DNA of 64,000 nt from Candidatus Zixiibacteriota bacterium (GCA_017999435.1 JAGNLV010000001.1:1022746-1086745); one strand, 5' to 3'; shown: positions 54,227 to 64,000, counted from the stretch's first letter. The notes: generated by a model not told the origin, from the letters alone. A program made the numbers and translations.

Positions 54227-54254
54227 AATATACCATGTTATCCGGGGTTGTCAA
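54227..54254 (-). promoter_or_regulatory. sigma-70 promoter, near-leaderless
   Basis: Minus strand reads TTGACA (54249-54254), 16 nt spacer, TATATT (54227-54232). 10 nt separate the -10 box from ATG 54216. Confidence 0.5.
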
Positions 54255-54281
54255 CGCCAAAATTCCGCCCCCGCGGGCCGG

Positions 54282-54310
54282 TTGACATCCCTCCCGCCCC
54301 GGTATACCTT
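54282..54310 (+). promoter_or_regulatory. candidate divergent promoter for the M16 peptidase gene
   Basis: TTGACA followed by TATACC (15-nt spacer) or TACCTT (17-nt spacer). Confidence 0.3.
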
Positions 54311-54372
54311 AGCATCGGCAGATCGTCGGCTCGACCAAACCGCCGCGAAGGCAAAAAGAACCGGGAGTTCAT

Positions 54373-57144
54373 ATGTCGAAACCCGTCCCCGTCATCGCCG
54401 TCCTCCTCGGCGCGCTTTCGGCCCTGGTGGCAGGCCCCGCCGGCTCCTGCCGTGCCGCCGAAACCTACGAGCTGGACAACGGCATGACCGTGATCCTCAA
54501 AGAGCAGCACGGCGCGCCCATGGTCTCCAGCATCGTGTTCGTCCGCTCCGGAAGCAAGTATGAGTCCCGGTTCGAGAACGGCATCACCCACTTTCTCGAG
54601 CACCTGCTTTTCGACGGCACGGCGACCCTCGCCCGCGAGCAGCTCGACGCCTCGATCGGCGATCTCGGCGGCTACATCAACGCCTTCACCCGCAAGGAGC
54701 TCACCGCCTACCTGGTACTCCTGCCGAAGCAGTACATCGAGTACGGCATGACCGTGCAGGCCGACATGCTCTTCAACTCGGTCTTCCCGGAGGCGGAGTT
54801 GGCGAAGGAACGCAAGGTCGTGGTGGAGGAGATTCGCCGCGACGCTGATGCGCCCGGTGCGGCAGCCGAGGCGTTTTTCACAGACCGGGCCTACGCCGGC
54901 ACGGATTACGCTCGCCCCGTGCTCGGCTACCCGGCGTTCATCGAGAACATCCCCCGCGCCGCCGTGATCGACTACTGGCGGCGCTACTACATTCCGCGCC
55001 GCATGACGCTGCTGGTGATCGGCGATTTCGAGCCCGCGGCGATGAAGAAGACGGTGGCCAACGTCTTCGGCCGCTTTACCAACCCGGCCTCGGCGGCGGA
55101 CTCCGCCGCATCCGCCTCGCCCGCTCCCGCCCCCGTCCTCGAGGGACAGACCATCTACGACACGGCGGCGCAGGTTCCCTCCACCTACCTGAATCTCTCC
55201 CTCGCCGCCCCGCCCATCGGCAGCGCGGAATACTACGCCATGGATCTGCTCGCCCGGTACCTCGCGATGGACGCCGTCTCCCCCCTCATGGTCGCGCTGA
55301 AGGGGGGCGCCGAGCCGCTGGCCACCGAGGCGTCGGTGAGCCTTGTCCCCTATGAGGAATTCTCCCGCCTTGAGATCTCGGTGATCACCGAACACCCGGA
55401 GCGGCGCGACTCGATCATCACCGTCATCTTCGCCAACCTTGCGGCGATGGCGCGCCACGCCGCCGACCCGGGATCGATTGCGGGACTGCAGACCTCGGTG
55501 CAGACCGACGACATCTACAGCGAGGCCAAGCTCCACTACTACGGCTTCATGATCGCACCCTACCTCATGACCGCCGGCTGGGATTTCGTGCAGACCTACG
55601 CGGAGAAGATGGCCGCCGTCACCTGGGCCGACTGCAACGCCGCGGCGGACCGGTGGCTGGCGCGGCCCGCGTACATCGGCACCGTCGTGCGCCCGGCGAC
55701 GGATTCCGCCGCCGCGCCCTACCGGCCCGAAGAGATGTCGGCCGACGAGGTCCTCGCCCACTTCGCCGAAGCGACGTTCCCGGAACACGAGCTGGTCGCC
55801 GGGCACACGATCACCTATCCGCCGACCGACTCGATCAGCTTCACGCTGACCGACCGCGCCTCCTACCGCCGGGAGCAGCTTCCCAACGGCATGACCGTGA
55901 TCGTGAAGACGGTCCCCGACAACGAGGTGTTCGCTTTGATGGTGCTCGGCAGGAACCGCAGCGCGAACGAGCCGCCCGGCCGGGCCGGCATCACCGAGTT
56001 CGTCAACCGCTGCCTCGAGCGGGGGACCGCCACGCGCTCGGCGAAAGAGCTGGCCGACGCCCTGGCCGGGATCGGCGCCCAGGTGACGCTCTACGACAAC
56101 CCGTGGATTCCTTACGACGACCGCTACACGGCGCGGGCGTTTTCGTTTTTGAAATTTGAGACGATCGAGGCCTTTGCGCGGAAGGGATTTGCGCTCTTCA
56201 GCGAGGTGGCCTTTTCCCCCGCTTTCGATTCCGCCGAGGTCGAGAACGTGCGCCAGGCGATGATCGGCGTGCTGCGGCGCCAGGGGACCTCTCCCCGCGA
56301 GGCCGCGCGCGACCTGTTTTACACCACTCTCTTCGAAGGGAGCGCCTACGCGCGTCCGATCATGGGGGATTTCGAGAGCCTGAACGCGATCACGGTCGAC
56401 GATCTTCGCGCCCACCACCGCCGGATCTACGCCCCCGAAAACACGATTATCGCGGTCGTCACCAGCCGCCCGGCCGACGAGATCCTGGGATGGTTTGCCG
56501 AGGGGCCGGGCCGGTTCGCCCCGACCGGTTTTGTGAGCGCCGTCCCCGCCCCTCCGCAACCGGTCCGGCAGATTATCGCGGCCCAGGTGCCGCTGGAGAA
56601 GGAGCAGGTCGCCATCTACCTCGGCGGCCCCACCCCGGGCGCGGAGAGCCCCGACGCCCTCGCTCTGGAAATGGCCGCCGGGATTCTCTCCAACCGGCTC
56701 TACCTGAACCTGCGCGAGAAGCAGGGGCTGGCGTATTCGGTCGGCGCCGGGGCCGACGCTGACCGGGGGTTCGGCTGGTGCTATGCCTCGATGCAGACCG
56801 GGGTCGACAACTACCGCCAGGCTGTCGGCGGAATCCTCCTGGAGATGGACAAGCTCCGGTATGACGGTCCTTTGGCGTCGGAGGTCCGGCGCGCGCGGAA
56901 CGAAATCTGGGGCCGCCTCATGAGCGCCAAGCTCTCCGCCATCAATCAGGCGTTCTACCTGGCGGTCGATGAGTTCCTCGGCCGTCCGCTGCCGTACGAT
57001 CGGACGCTGCTCGACCGGCTGGGCGCGATCGACCGCGAAGGCGTGCGGCGGGTGGCCGCCCAGTATTTCCGCACCGACGCCTACGTGATCGCGACGGCCG
57101 GCAGAACGCCGGCGGAAACCGCCCCGCCCGCTCCGGGGGAGTGA
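54373..57144 (+). CDS. M16 (pitrilysin/insulinase) family zinc peptidase, fused two-unit form
   Basis: Signal peptide. Inverted zinc motif HFLEH in GITHFLEHLLFDG. A second M16 unit begins around residue 480 (YRREQLPNGMTVIVK...). Confidence 0.9.
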   Translation: MSKPVPVIAVLLGALSALVAGPAGSCRAAETYELDNGMTVILKEQHGAPMVSSIVFVRSGSKYESRFENGITHFLEHLLFDGTATLAREQLDASIGDLGGYINAFTRKELTAYLVLLPKQYIEYGMTVQADMLFNSVFPEAELAKERKVVVEEIRRDADAPGAAAEAFFTDRAYAGTDYARPVLGYPAFIENIPRAAVIDYWRRYYIPRRMTLLVIGDFEPAAMKKTVANVFGRFTNPASAADSAASASPAPAPVLEGQTIYDTAAQVPSTYLNLSLAAPPIGSAEYYAMDLLARYLAMDAVSPLMVALKGGAEPLATEASVSLVPYEEFSRLEISVITEHPERRDSIITVIFANLAAMARHAADPGSIAGLQTSVQTDDIYSEAKLHYYGFMIAPYLMTAGWDFVQTYAEKMAAVTWADCNAAADRWLARPAYIGTVVRPATDSAAAPYRPEEMSADEVLAHFAEATFPEHELVAGHTITYPPTDSISFTLTDRASYRREQLPNGMTVIVKTVPDNEVFALMVLGRNRSANEPPGRAGITEFVNRCLERGTATRSAKELADALAGIGAQVTLYDNPWIPYDDRYTARAFSFLKFETIEAFARKGFALFSEVAFSPAFDSAEVENVRQAMIGVLRRQGTSPREAARDLFYTTLFEGSAYARPIMGDFESLNAITVDDLRAHHRRIYAPENTIIAVVTSRPADEILGWFAEGPGRFAPTGFVSAVPAPPQPVRQIIAAQVPLEKEQVAIYLGGPTPGAESPDALALEMAAGILSNRLYLNLREKQGLAYSVGAGADADRGFGWCYASMQTGVDNYRQAVGGILLEMDKLRYDGPLASEVRRARNEIWGRLMSAKLSAINQAFYLAVDEFLGRPLPYDRTLLDRLGAIDREGVRRVAAQYFRTDAYVIATAGRTPAETAPPAPGE

Positions 57145-57157
57145 GCGGAGGGGACCG

Positions 57158-57838
57158 ATGTTTCGGAGGCTGAGAGAACTCTTCGGGTCGGAGGACCTGC
57201 TCCAGGCGGCTTTCGCGACCACTCTGACCATGCTAGAGATGGACCTCCGCATGTTCGAGGCCTCGAGCGCCGCGCTCCGCCGGTCGGACTCGGCCGAACT
57301 CCCCTTTGACGTCCGGCAGGAGGACCGCCGCATCAACAAGTACGAGCGGGAGGTGCGCCGCAACGTCCTCACCCACCTGTCGGTTGCCGGCACCCAGAAC
57401 ATCGTCCCCGGCCTCGTGCTCGTGTCGATCGTCATCGACGTCGAGCGGATCGGCGACTACACGAAGAACATCGCGGAGCTCGCCCAGTTGCACCCGGGCC
57501 GGCTCGAGGGCGGCCCGTACGAGGGGGAGGTGGCGGAGATCGAAAGCCAGGTGAACCGGATTTTCCCGCTCGTCCTGCGCGTCTTGCGGGAACAGGAGGC
57601 CGAGCTCGCCCGCAACATCATGGCGCGGGAAGACCGCACGGGCAAGATGGCCGAAGCGATCGTCCAGTCGCTGATTTCCGAGAAGGGCCGGGGCCTGCCG
57701 GTCGCCGAGGCCGTGTCGCTGGCACTCTACGCCCGGCACCTCAAGCGCATCAACGCCCACCTCACCAACATCGCCAGCGCGGTCGGCAATCCCTTCCCCC
57801 GCCTGGGCTTCCGCGCCAAACCGGACCAGGGCGACTGA
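57158..57838 (+). CDS. PhoU-domain protein
   Basis: Two PhoU-like helical repeats: DVERIGDYTKNIAE and ARHLKRINAHLTNIA. Confidence 0.8.
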   Translation: MFRRLRELFGSEDLLQAAFATTLTMLEMDLRMFEASSAALRRSDSAELPFDVRQEDRRINKYEREVRRNVLTHLSVAGTQNIVPGLVLVSIVIDVERIGDYTKNIAELAQLHPGRLEGGPYEGEVAEIESQVNRIFPLVLRVLREQEAELARNIMAREDRTGKMAEAIVQSLISEKGRGLPVAEAVSLALYARHLKRINAHLTNIASAVGNPFPRLGFRAKPDQGD

Positions 57839-57896
57839 ACTTGAGAGGCGAACCTGTTGGGTGAGGGGCGACGAGGCGGAGGCTGGATCCGGCCGT

Positions 57897-59135
57897 CTAT
57901 GAGGTTCCCGGGCGTCCCCGGATCCCCAGCCCGATCCGCGCCGCCGGCAGGAGGTGGCGCCGGTTGACCCAGTGCCAGATCACGGCGAGCACGATGTACA
58001 CGGCCGCCACTTCCATGCGGATATCCTGCCACACCAGTTGGAGCGCAAACAGCCCGAACAGCAGCACGCCGTCCCAGCGGGTGAGGACGAGATTGACCAG
58101 CACGGCCACGGCGAAGAGCGACTGGGCCGCCGTCAGGATCAGCTCGTGCGTCTGCACGTCGGTCGGCCCCTCGCCGTAGGGAACATCGAGCACAAAGGGG
58201 CGGATCTCGCCGGCCGAGATGGCGTACACCAGTGGGATCGTGCCGACCAGGAGAGTCCACTGGTTGACTTTCGACGAGATGAGGGCTTTGAGCGCCGCTC
58301 CGGCCTGCCCGCGGAGCGCCCAGGTGGCGGCGACGATGAACTCGGGCGATTCCGAGGCGATCGGGGCCAGCCACTGCACGAGGAAGAACTCATCGATCCC
58401 GAGGTGTCCTCCGCTCTCCACGAGCGCGTGGGCGAACGGCTCGGCGACGAGGAAAATGACGAACCCGGAGAACAGGAAAAACAGGGCCGTGAACAGGCGG
58501 CGGGGAACGGTCGCGGCGTTGGCCACGATCTTCACCGGCCCCACCATCTCCGGCTCCTCCTGCGGCATCTGCGCCGCCCGCCGCGTGTACAGCCCGAACA
58601 GGGTCACGAGCACAACGGTGTCGATCAGGTTGAGGCTCCCCTTGAGCGGGATCGTGAACGAGTACAGGGTCGCCATGGCGAGATAGAAGATCTCCACGCG
58701 CTGGGTCTCATCGAGCCGGACCTCGCGGCGGCGCTTGGCGAGGATGTACAGGAAGAGCACAGCCGGCCAGCCCAGCCCGACGAGGAGCCGGTTCGCTCCG
58801 GTCATGTTGGCGAGCGCGTAGTGCGCCTGGGTCGGATCGTGCGCCGCTTTCCACGTAAAGACGAAGTCCACGGCGTACTCGGGGAGCACCGCCACGAGTG
58901 CGAGGATGGCCACCGCCAGCGACTGCGACATGTCCATCTGCGCCACCTCGGCCGCCCACGAGAGGATGAAGGCGGCCCCGAAAATGGCCACCCCGAACAC
59001 GACCGCCGCGTAGGGTGCGTAGAGGTGTTTCCCGGCCGCGACGAGGTACAGCCCCGGCAGGCAGGACAGGAACGTGCCAATCAGAATCAGCCACAGGTAG
59101 GGGTCGATGTCGTAGCGGTGCGGTCTGTCTGCCAT
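57897..59135 (-). CDS. Ca2+/cation antiporter (CaCA, sodium/calcium exchanger family)
   Basis: Polytopic protein with two alpha-repeat-like regions (...ILSWAAEVAQ..., ...LAPIASESPEFIVA...). Confidence 0.75.
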   Translation of the reverse strand: MADRPHRYDIDPYLWLILIGTFLSCLPGLYLVAAGKHLYAPYAAVVFGVAIFGAAFILSWAAEVAQMDMSQSLAVAILALVAVLPEYAVDFVFTWKAAHDPTQAHYALANMTGANRLLVGLGWPAVLFLYILAKRRREVRLDETQRVEIFYLAMATLYSFTIPLKGSLNLIDTVVLVTLFGLYTRRAAQMPQEEPEMVGPVKIVANAATVPRRLFTALFFLFSGFVIFLVAEPFAHALVESGGHLGIDEFFLVQWLAPIASESPEFIVAATWALRGQAGAALKALISSKVNQWTLLVGTIPLVYAISAGEIRPFVLDVPYGEGPTDVQTHELILTAAQSLFAVAVLVNLVLTRWDGVLLFGLFALQLVWQDIRMEVAAVYIVLAVIWHWVNRRHLLPAARIGLGIRGRPGTS

Positions 59136-59162
59136 CCGGTCCTCTCCGCGGGCTTTGGCCGC

Positions 59163-60068
59163 CTAGCCCCGAATAATCATGTTCACGATGTCCTTGCGCA
59201 GGAGGATCCCGACGAGGTTGTCGTTCTCGGTGACGAACACGCGCGTGAAATCCTTGAAAATCATCATCGCCGCCACCTCCACGATGCGCGTCTCCGGCGT
59301 CGTGGTCTCGAAATCCTCCCGGTAGAGCTGCGACACCTTGATCTTGTCCTCGCGCTTGAGCAGTTCCTCGAACGGCTCCACGTCGAGCGAGTAGTTGAGA
59401 TTCGAGATGAGCGTCCGGTAATCGGGCAGGGCGGCCTTGATGAGGTCGCGGTCGCTGATCACGCCGAGCAGGCGGTTGTTCTCGTCGACCACCGCCAGCG
59501 CCGACAGACGGTGCCGGAACATTTCGTTGGCGACATCCTTGAGGGTGTCGTCCGGCCGCACCTTGGCCACGTCGTGCCGCATGATGTCCTTGACCATCAA
59601 CTCCTTGTCGACCGTCACCCCGGTGTCGGCCACCAGTTTCACCAGGTCGCGCGGGTTGATGATCGACCGCACGCGGTCGAGCGAGCCCGGCATCCGGGCG
59701 AACGTCGCCAGCCCCGACAGCGTCTGGAGGTAGAGCTTGGCGATCGCCGAGGGGGTGAGGAGAAGGCAGACGACGTGCACCGGCACGCCGTCGGGACCCC
59801 CCTCGTCGAGCCCCTCCCGCGACACGCCGATGAGGATGTACAGTTCGCTGACCGCGTTGGTCCGGGCGTGGGGGAAGGCGAATCCCCGGCCGTAGGAGGT
59901 GCTCTCGATCTCCTCGCGGATGCGCACCGATCGCACGATGTCGTCGTAATCCAGCGCCACCCGCTCGGCCCGGAGCAGGTCGAGCAGTTCGTCCACGGCC
60001 TCGGCCTTGGTGTGGGCCTTCAGATCGATTCGGATCCGGCGATCCATGAGCAAATTCGCAAGCTTCAC
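59163..60068 (-). CDS. PTS EIIA(Ntr/fructose-type)-like domain fused to a CBS pair
   Basis: N-terminal ...KAEAVDELLDLL...GRGFAFPHARTN... (EIIA_2 His region). C-terminal two CBS motifs (VKDIMRHDVAKVRPDDTL...ALAVVDENNRLLGVISDRDL, ...VFVTENDNLVGILLRKDI). Confidence 0.8.
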   Translation of the reverse strand: MKLANLLMDRRIRIDLKAHTKAEAVDELLDLLRAERVALDYDDIVRSVRIREEIESTSYGRGFAFPHARTNAVSELYILIGVSREGLDEGGPDGVPVHVVCLLLTPSAIAKLYLQTLSGLATFARMPGSLDRVRSIINPRDLVKLVADTGVTVDKELMVKDIMRHDVAKVRPDDTLKDVANEMFRHRLSALAVVDENNRLLGVISDRDLIKAALPDYRTLISNLNYSLDVEPFEELLKREDKIKVSQLYREDFETTTPETRIVEVAAMMIFKDFTRVFVTENDNLVGILLRKDIVNMIIRG

Positions 60069-60709
60069 GGTAACCCCTTACTGCCGGTGTCGGCATCCTT
60101 GGCGGACCGTTCTTTGAGGAGCGCCGGCGTCACCACGCCCCCCGAGACAATGAACTTGACCCCCTCTTCGATCGTCATGTCCAGCGGCCACACTTGCTCT
60201 TCGGGAATGATCACGACCATCCCGGAGATCGGCGTGGGCGTCGAGGCGATAAACGCCACCGCGCACTTGCGCACGGCTCCGTTGAAGAGCGTCTCGGTGC
60301 GCCCGGCGATAAACACCATGCTCCAGAGGCCGAGCCTTGGGTACTCGATGAGCGCCACCTCTTTGAAGGCGTTCATCTTGGGCCCGGCCAGCGCCTCCAG
60401 GAGCTGCTTGGCCGCCGAGTAGATCGGCCGTATCAGCGGCAGCCGCACGAGCCATCGTTCGCCCAGCCCGTAGAGCCGGTGGCCGACATAACTGCGGACC
60501 AGGACCCCGGCGACGAAGATCAGCACGATGAGCGCGACGAAGCCGACCAGCGGAATGTCGCGGCCGATCAGCTTGGCCAGGGGGGGCCGGAGGATGCCGT
60601 CGAGCGTCTCCAGCAGGAAGCGGAGGACGAGGTAGGTCAGGATCAGGGGTACGACGACGAGCACCCCGGACAGGAAATTCCGTTTGAGCATCGACCCGAT
60701 TCCGGCCAT
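60065..60709 (-). CDS. DUF502-family membrane protein
   Basis: ATG 60709 (or 60691). ...FLSGVLVVVPLILTYLVLRFL...PGMVVIIPEEQV... pattern. Its stop overlaps the next gene's start by 4 nt. Confidence 0.8.
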   Translation of the reverse strand: MAGIGSMLKRNFLSGVLVVVPLILTYLVLRFLLETLDGILRPPLAKLIGRDIPLVGFVALIVLIFVAGVLVRSYVGHRLYGLGERWLVRLPLIRPIYSAAKQLLEALAGPKMNAFKEVALIEYPRLGLWSMVFIAGRTETLFNGAVRKCAVAFIASTPTPISGMVVIIPEEQVWPLDMTIEEGVKFIVSGGVVTPALLKERSAKDADTGSKGLP

Positions 60710-60747
60710 CCGCGTCCTTGCCTCACCATTCGGCGCAATCTGTTCGG

Positions 60748-60776
60748 AGAATATCACTTGCCGGGGGGTCTGTCAA
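60748..60776 (-). promoter_or_regulatory. sigma-70 promoter for the DUF502 / EIIA-CBS unit
   Basis: Minus strand reads TTGACA (60771-60776), 17 nt spacer, TATTCT (60748-60753). Confidence 0.5.
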
Positions 60777-60871
60777 GCAGAACCGGAGCGGGGACCGCTG
60801 CCCCGACATGGCCCCGCCCGGTGCATCGTGCGATGCGCCGGGCGCTTGATCCTTCCCCCGCTTCTCCCGCC

Positions 60872-62377
60872 CTACGGAATCACCAGAAACGAATGGGTGA
60901 TGTCGGCCGCGAGCCGCAGCACCGGCTCGGGATACAGCCCGAAGACGAACAGCCCCGCCAGGCCGATCGCCAGCACCGCCAGCGCCGGGGGAGTGTACTC
61001 CATCCGATAGGGCGACTCCTCCTTGGCGAAATACATTGCTTTGATGATTCTCGCGTAGTAGTACAGCGCGAACACCGAGGTCAGCAGGCCGATCCCAACC
61101 AGCCAGTAGAGCCACCCGGCGGAGGCATCCGCCTGAGCCGACTGGATGGCCGCGGCGAAGACATAGTACTTGGCGAAGAATCCGGCGAGCGGGGGAATTC
61201 CGGCCAGCGAGAGCAGAAACACCGCGAACGTGGCCGCCATCAGGGGCGAGGTCCGGGCGAGTCCGTTGTAGCTGTCGATCTGGACCGAGCCGGTGCGGTC
61301 CTCGAAAATCGCCACACAGGCGAACGCGCCCATGTTCGCGAAGAGGTAGGCGAAAATGTAGAACGCCATCGACCCCATCCCGAACCGGTTCATAGCCACC
61401 AGCCCGACCATGATGTAGCCGGCCTGGGCGATCGAGGAATAGGCGAGCAGGCGTTTGATGTTGGTCTGGCGGATGGCCACGGTGTTGCCCACGATCATGG
61501 CCGCCGCCGCGAGCATGGCCGCGAGTTTGCCCCAGTCGTTCGGGGCCATGTAGGTCGGGTGAAAGGCCTCCATGCCCTTGGCGAATACCTTCGCGAAGGC
61601 CACCAGCCCCGCGCCCTTTGAACCCACCGACAGAAACGCCGCCACCGGCGTCGGCGCTCCCTCGTACACATCGGGCGCCCACTGGTGGAACGGCGGCAGT
61701 GCGAGCTTGAACCCGATACCGGCCGCCATGCAGACAATCGCCAGCACGAGGATGAAGCCGAGCGTCCCCACCGCCTGGTGGGTCGTCGACAGGGAAATCT
61801 TCAAAAGCAGCAGGTCGGTCGTGCCCGCCATGCCGTAGAGGTAGGAGATCCCGAACAGCAGCAGAGCCGAGGAGAACGCCCCGACGATGAAATACTTGAC
61901 CCCGGCTTCGACCGAGAGCTTGTTGTCTTTGTAGAATGCCGCCAGCACGTACAGCGGGATCGTCGTCAGCTCCAGCCCGACATAGATCGTGAGCAGTTCG
62001 TTGGCCGAGGCGAGGAACATCATCCCCACCGTCGACAGGAGGATCAGCCCGAAGAACTCCCCCCGGTGGTGCGTGATCCGCTGCCGCATGATCCCGAAGG
62101 AGCTGCCAATGGCCATGAACGCCGCGCCGAGGAAGACCATTTTGAAGAAGCGGGCGGCCGTGTCCTGGACAAACATCCGCCCCCACCCCGCCCCGTCGCC
62201 GGTGAAGGCCAGGAGCAGGCCCGTCACCACCAGCCCGAAGAGCGCGAGGTACCCGGCCCCCGTCTCGCTCCGCCGCCGGCTCGCGGCGTCGTAGGCGATC
62301 ACCACGCACGCCCACAGGAACAGGAACATCTCGGGGAGCATGTAGCGAAGGTTGATGTCGGGATACTGCACGTCCAT
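60872..62377 (-). CDS. nuoN: NADH-quinone oxidoreductase subunit N
   Basis: 501 aa polytopic. ...LLSTVGMMFLASANELLTIYVGLELTTIPLYVLAAF.... Follows nuoM. Confidence 0.95.
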   Translation of the reverse strand: MDVQYPDINLRYMLPEMFLFLWACVVIAYDAASRRRSETGAGYLALFGLVVTGLLLAFTGDGAGWGRMFVQDTAARFFKMVFLGAAFMAIGSSFGIMRQRITHHRGEFFGLILLSTVGMMFLASANELLTIYVGLELTTIPLYVLAAFYKDNKLSVEAGVKYFIVGAFSSALLLFGISYLYGMAGTTDLLLLKISLSTTHQAVGTLGFILVLAIVCMAAGIGFKLALPPFHQWAPDVYEGAPTPVAAFLSVGSKGAGLVAFAKVFAKGMEAFHPTYMAPNDWGKLAAMLAAAAMIVGNTVAIRQTNIKRLLAYSSIAQAGYIMVGLVAMNRFGMGSMAFYIFAYLFANMGAFACVAIFEDRTGSVQIDSYNGLARTSPLMAATFAVFLLSLAGIPPLAGFFAKYYVFAAAIQSAQADASAGWLYWLVGIGLLTSVFALYYYARIIKAMYFAKEESPYRMEYTPPALAVLAIGLAGLFVFGLYPEPVLRLAADITHSFLVIP

Positions 62378-62381
62378 ACGG

Positions 62382-63860
62382 CTACCGCACCATCAGGTTG
62401 ACGAGGTTTTGCAGCGTCGCCCCCATGAGCACCTCCACCGGCTTGGGGTACACGCCGATGGCGATAGTCAGCACGGCCAGGGGCGCTACGCAGATCAGTT
62501 CGCGGAGGTTGATGTCGGTCAGCCCGCCCCAGCGGGCCAGGTCGAATTCGCCGAGGAACACCCGCTGCACCATACGGAGGATGTAGGTCGCGCCGAGCAC
62601 CACGCCGAGGACGGAGATGCCGACGAGGATCTTGTTGGTCCCCATGAAGGCGCCGACGAAGACCATGAATTCGCTCACGAAGCCCGACATGCCGGGCAGC
62701 CCGAGCGAGGCCATCCCGAACAGCACCATGAGGCCGGTGTACACCGGCACCTTGACGCCCAGCCCGCCGAAGGCGGCGATCTCGCGCGTGTGCGCCCGGT
62801 CGTAGAGCACGCCCACCAGGAGGAAGAGCGCCCCGGTGATCAGCCCGTGGGAAATCATCTGGAACATCACCCCCGCGAGCGCCGTCACCGACGTGTAGGC
62901 CCCGAGCGCGAGCATGCAGTACCCCATGTGGGACACCGAGGAGTAGGCCACCAGCTTCTTGAGATCCTTCTGCGCCATCGACACAAGCGCCCCGTAGATG
63001 ATGCCGATCGCCCCGAGCACCGCGATCCAGATCCCGAAGGTCGCCAGGGCCGAGGGGAACATCGGCCACGAAATCCGCAGCATCGCATACGTCCCCATTT
63101 TCAGCAGCACGCCCGCCAGGATCACCGACACCGCCGTGGGCGCCTCGACGTGGGCATCCGGCAGCCAGGTGTGGAACGGCCACACCGGCACTTTGATCGC
63201 GAAGGCAATGAAGAAGAAGGCGAAACAGACCATCTGAAGCCCGTGCCCCAGCCCCGGCCCGGTCTCCAGGAGGGTCACCATGTTGAGCGTGTGGGGGGTG
63301 GAGGAGAAGTAGAGGATGAGGATGGCGACCAGCATGAAGATCGACCCGAACAGGGTGTAGAGGAAGAACTTGATTGCGGCGTACTCCTTGCGCGGCCCGC
63401 CCCAGATGCCGATGAGGAAGTACATCGGCACGAGCATGACTTCCCAGAAGACGTAGAAGAGGAAGAAATCGAGGGCCACGAACACGCCCATCATCCCGGC
63501 CTCGAGGAGGAGGAAGAACGCGAAGTACTCTTTGACCCGCTTCTCGATGTTGAACGACGCGAGCAGCGAAATGCTCGAGAGCAGCCCGGTGAGGGCGAGC
63601 ATGGGCACCGAGATCCCGTCCACGCCGAGATAGTACTGGATGTTCAGCGAGGGAATCCAGTCGAACGGCCCCTCGACATACGCGAGCATGTGCGACGCGG
63701 CCTTGTTCACGAAATAGTCCCACGTGACCCAGAACGACAGGACCATCGGCACGAGGCTCACCCCGAACGCCGTCCACCGGATGGCCGCCTTGTTGTCTTT
63801 CGGCAGCAGCATCACGATGAGCATTCCCGCCAGGGGGACAAATACCAGGAGACTCAGCAT
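62382..63860 (-). CDS. nuoM: NADH-quinone oxidoreductase subunit M
   Basis: ...YYLGVDGISVPMLALTGLL...FYVFWEVMLVPMYFLIGIWGG.... Confidence 0.95.
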   Translation of the reverse strand: MLSLLVFVPLAGMLIVMLLPKDNKAAIRWTAFGVSLVPMVLSFWVTWDYFVNKAASHMLAYVEGPFDWIPSLNIQYYLGVDGISVPMLALTGLLSSISLLASFNIEKRVKEYFAFFLLLEAGMMGVFVALDFFLFYVFWEVMLVPMYFLIGIWGGPRKEYAAIKFFLYTLFGSIFMLVAILILYFSSTPHTLNMVTLLETGPGLGHGLQMVCFAFFFIAFAIKVPVWPFHTWLPDAHVEAPTAVSVILAGVLLKMGTYAMLRISWPMFPSALATFGIWIAVLGAIGIIYGALVSMAQKDLKKLVAYSSVSHMGYCMLALGAYTSVTALAGVMFQMISHGLITGALFLLVGVLYDRAHTREIAAFGGLGVKVPVYTGLMVLFGMASLGLPGMSGFVSEFMVFVGAFMGTNKILVGISVLGVVLGATYILRMVQRVFLGEFDLARWGGLTDINLRELICVAPLAVLTIAIGVYPKPVEVLMGATLQNLVNLMVR

Positions 63861-63861
63861 G

Positions 63862-64000
63862 CTATCGTTTCTCCTCCACAGTCACTTGAAATTCTTTGGC
63901 CTCGGACGGTTCGTCCGGTCCTCCGGCATCGCGGCCGGAGCGCGCGAACAACCCCAGCAGGATCACGCCGGCCCCGAAAATTACGGTCAGGTAGGGGAAG
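63862..64000 (-). CDS. nuoL: NADH-quinone oxidoreductase subunit L, C-terminal end (partial at window edge)
   Basis: Own translation ...FPYLTVIFGAGVILLGLFARSGRDAGGPDEPSEAKEFQVTVEEKR* with TAG at 63862-63864, 1 nt before the nuoM ATG. The identity is inferred from gene order. Confidence 0.65.
   Translation of the reverse strand, partial: FPYLTVIFGAGVILLGLFARSGRDAGGPDEPSEAKEFQVTVEEKR

Overview
High-GC bacterial chromosomal fragment (lineage not determinable from the window), densely coded. I can support about 57 protein-coding genes or gene remnants, one initiator tRNA and one TPP riboswitch. No CRISPR array, transposase, integrase or rRNA was seen. Most of it is ordinary core or housekeeping content. 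This includes an RND efflux operon (MFP, AcrB-like pump, NodT-type outer-membrane factor) and a Ser-type sulfatase with its radical-SAM maturase. It also includes a cation/H+ antiporter with a GNAT, an arsM-like methyltransferase, greA and DUF1015-serA-like-serC. Further along are an SPT-like alpha-oxoamine synthase with a large GNAT-like protein, and a tightly packed, partly overlapping dprA-yigZ-pfkB-PAP2-macro run. The right end holds secDF, an M16 peptidase, PhoU/CaCA/EIIA-CBS/DUF502 and nuoL(partial)-M-N. A TPP riboswitch precedes a TonB-dependent receptor and a sodium:solute symporter. Promoters look like classical TTGACA/TATAAT sigma-70 types, and several genes appear leaderless or nearly so. 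The only accessory-looking stretch is about 20.0-28.7 kb. It starts with a TPR-fused sigma-54 enhancer-binding protein, followed by an array of six phased TGCGTCA heptamers. Next come two diverged paralogous secreted proteins of unknown family, one interrupted by an in-frame TAG. The paralogs share islands of near-identical DNA. A beta-propeller lipoprotein and two tiny membrane proteins follow, along with decayed gene fragments. A 148-nt near-identical repeat with a foldable core sits in two unusually long intergenic gaps in this stretch. That locus is my best candidate for something undescribed, but I cannot assign it a function from sequence alone. Many long ORFs in the supplied track are antisense shadow ORFs typical of GC-rich DNA and were not called.
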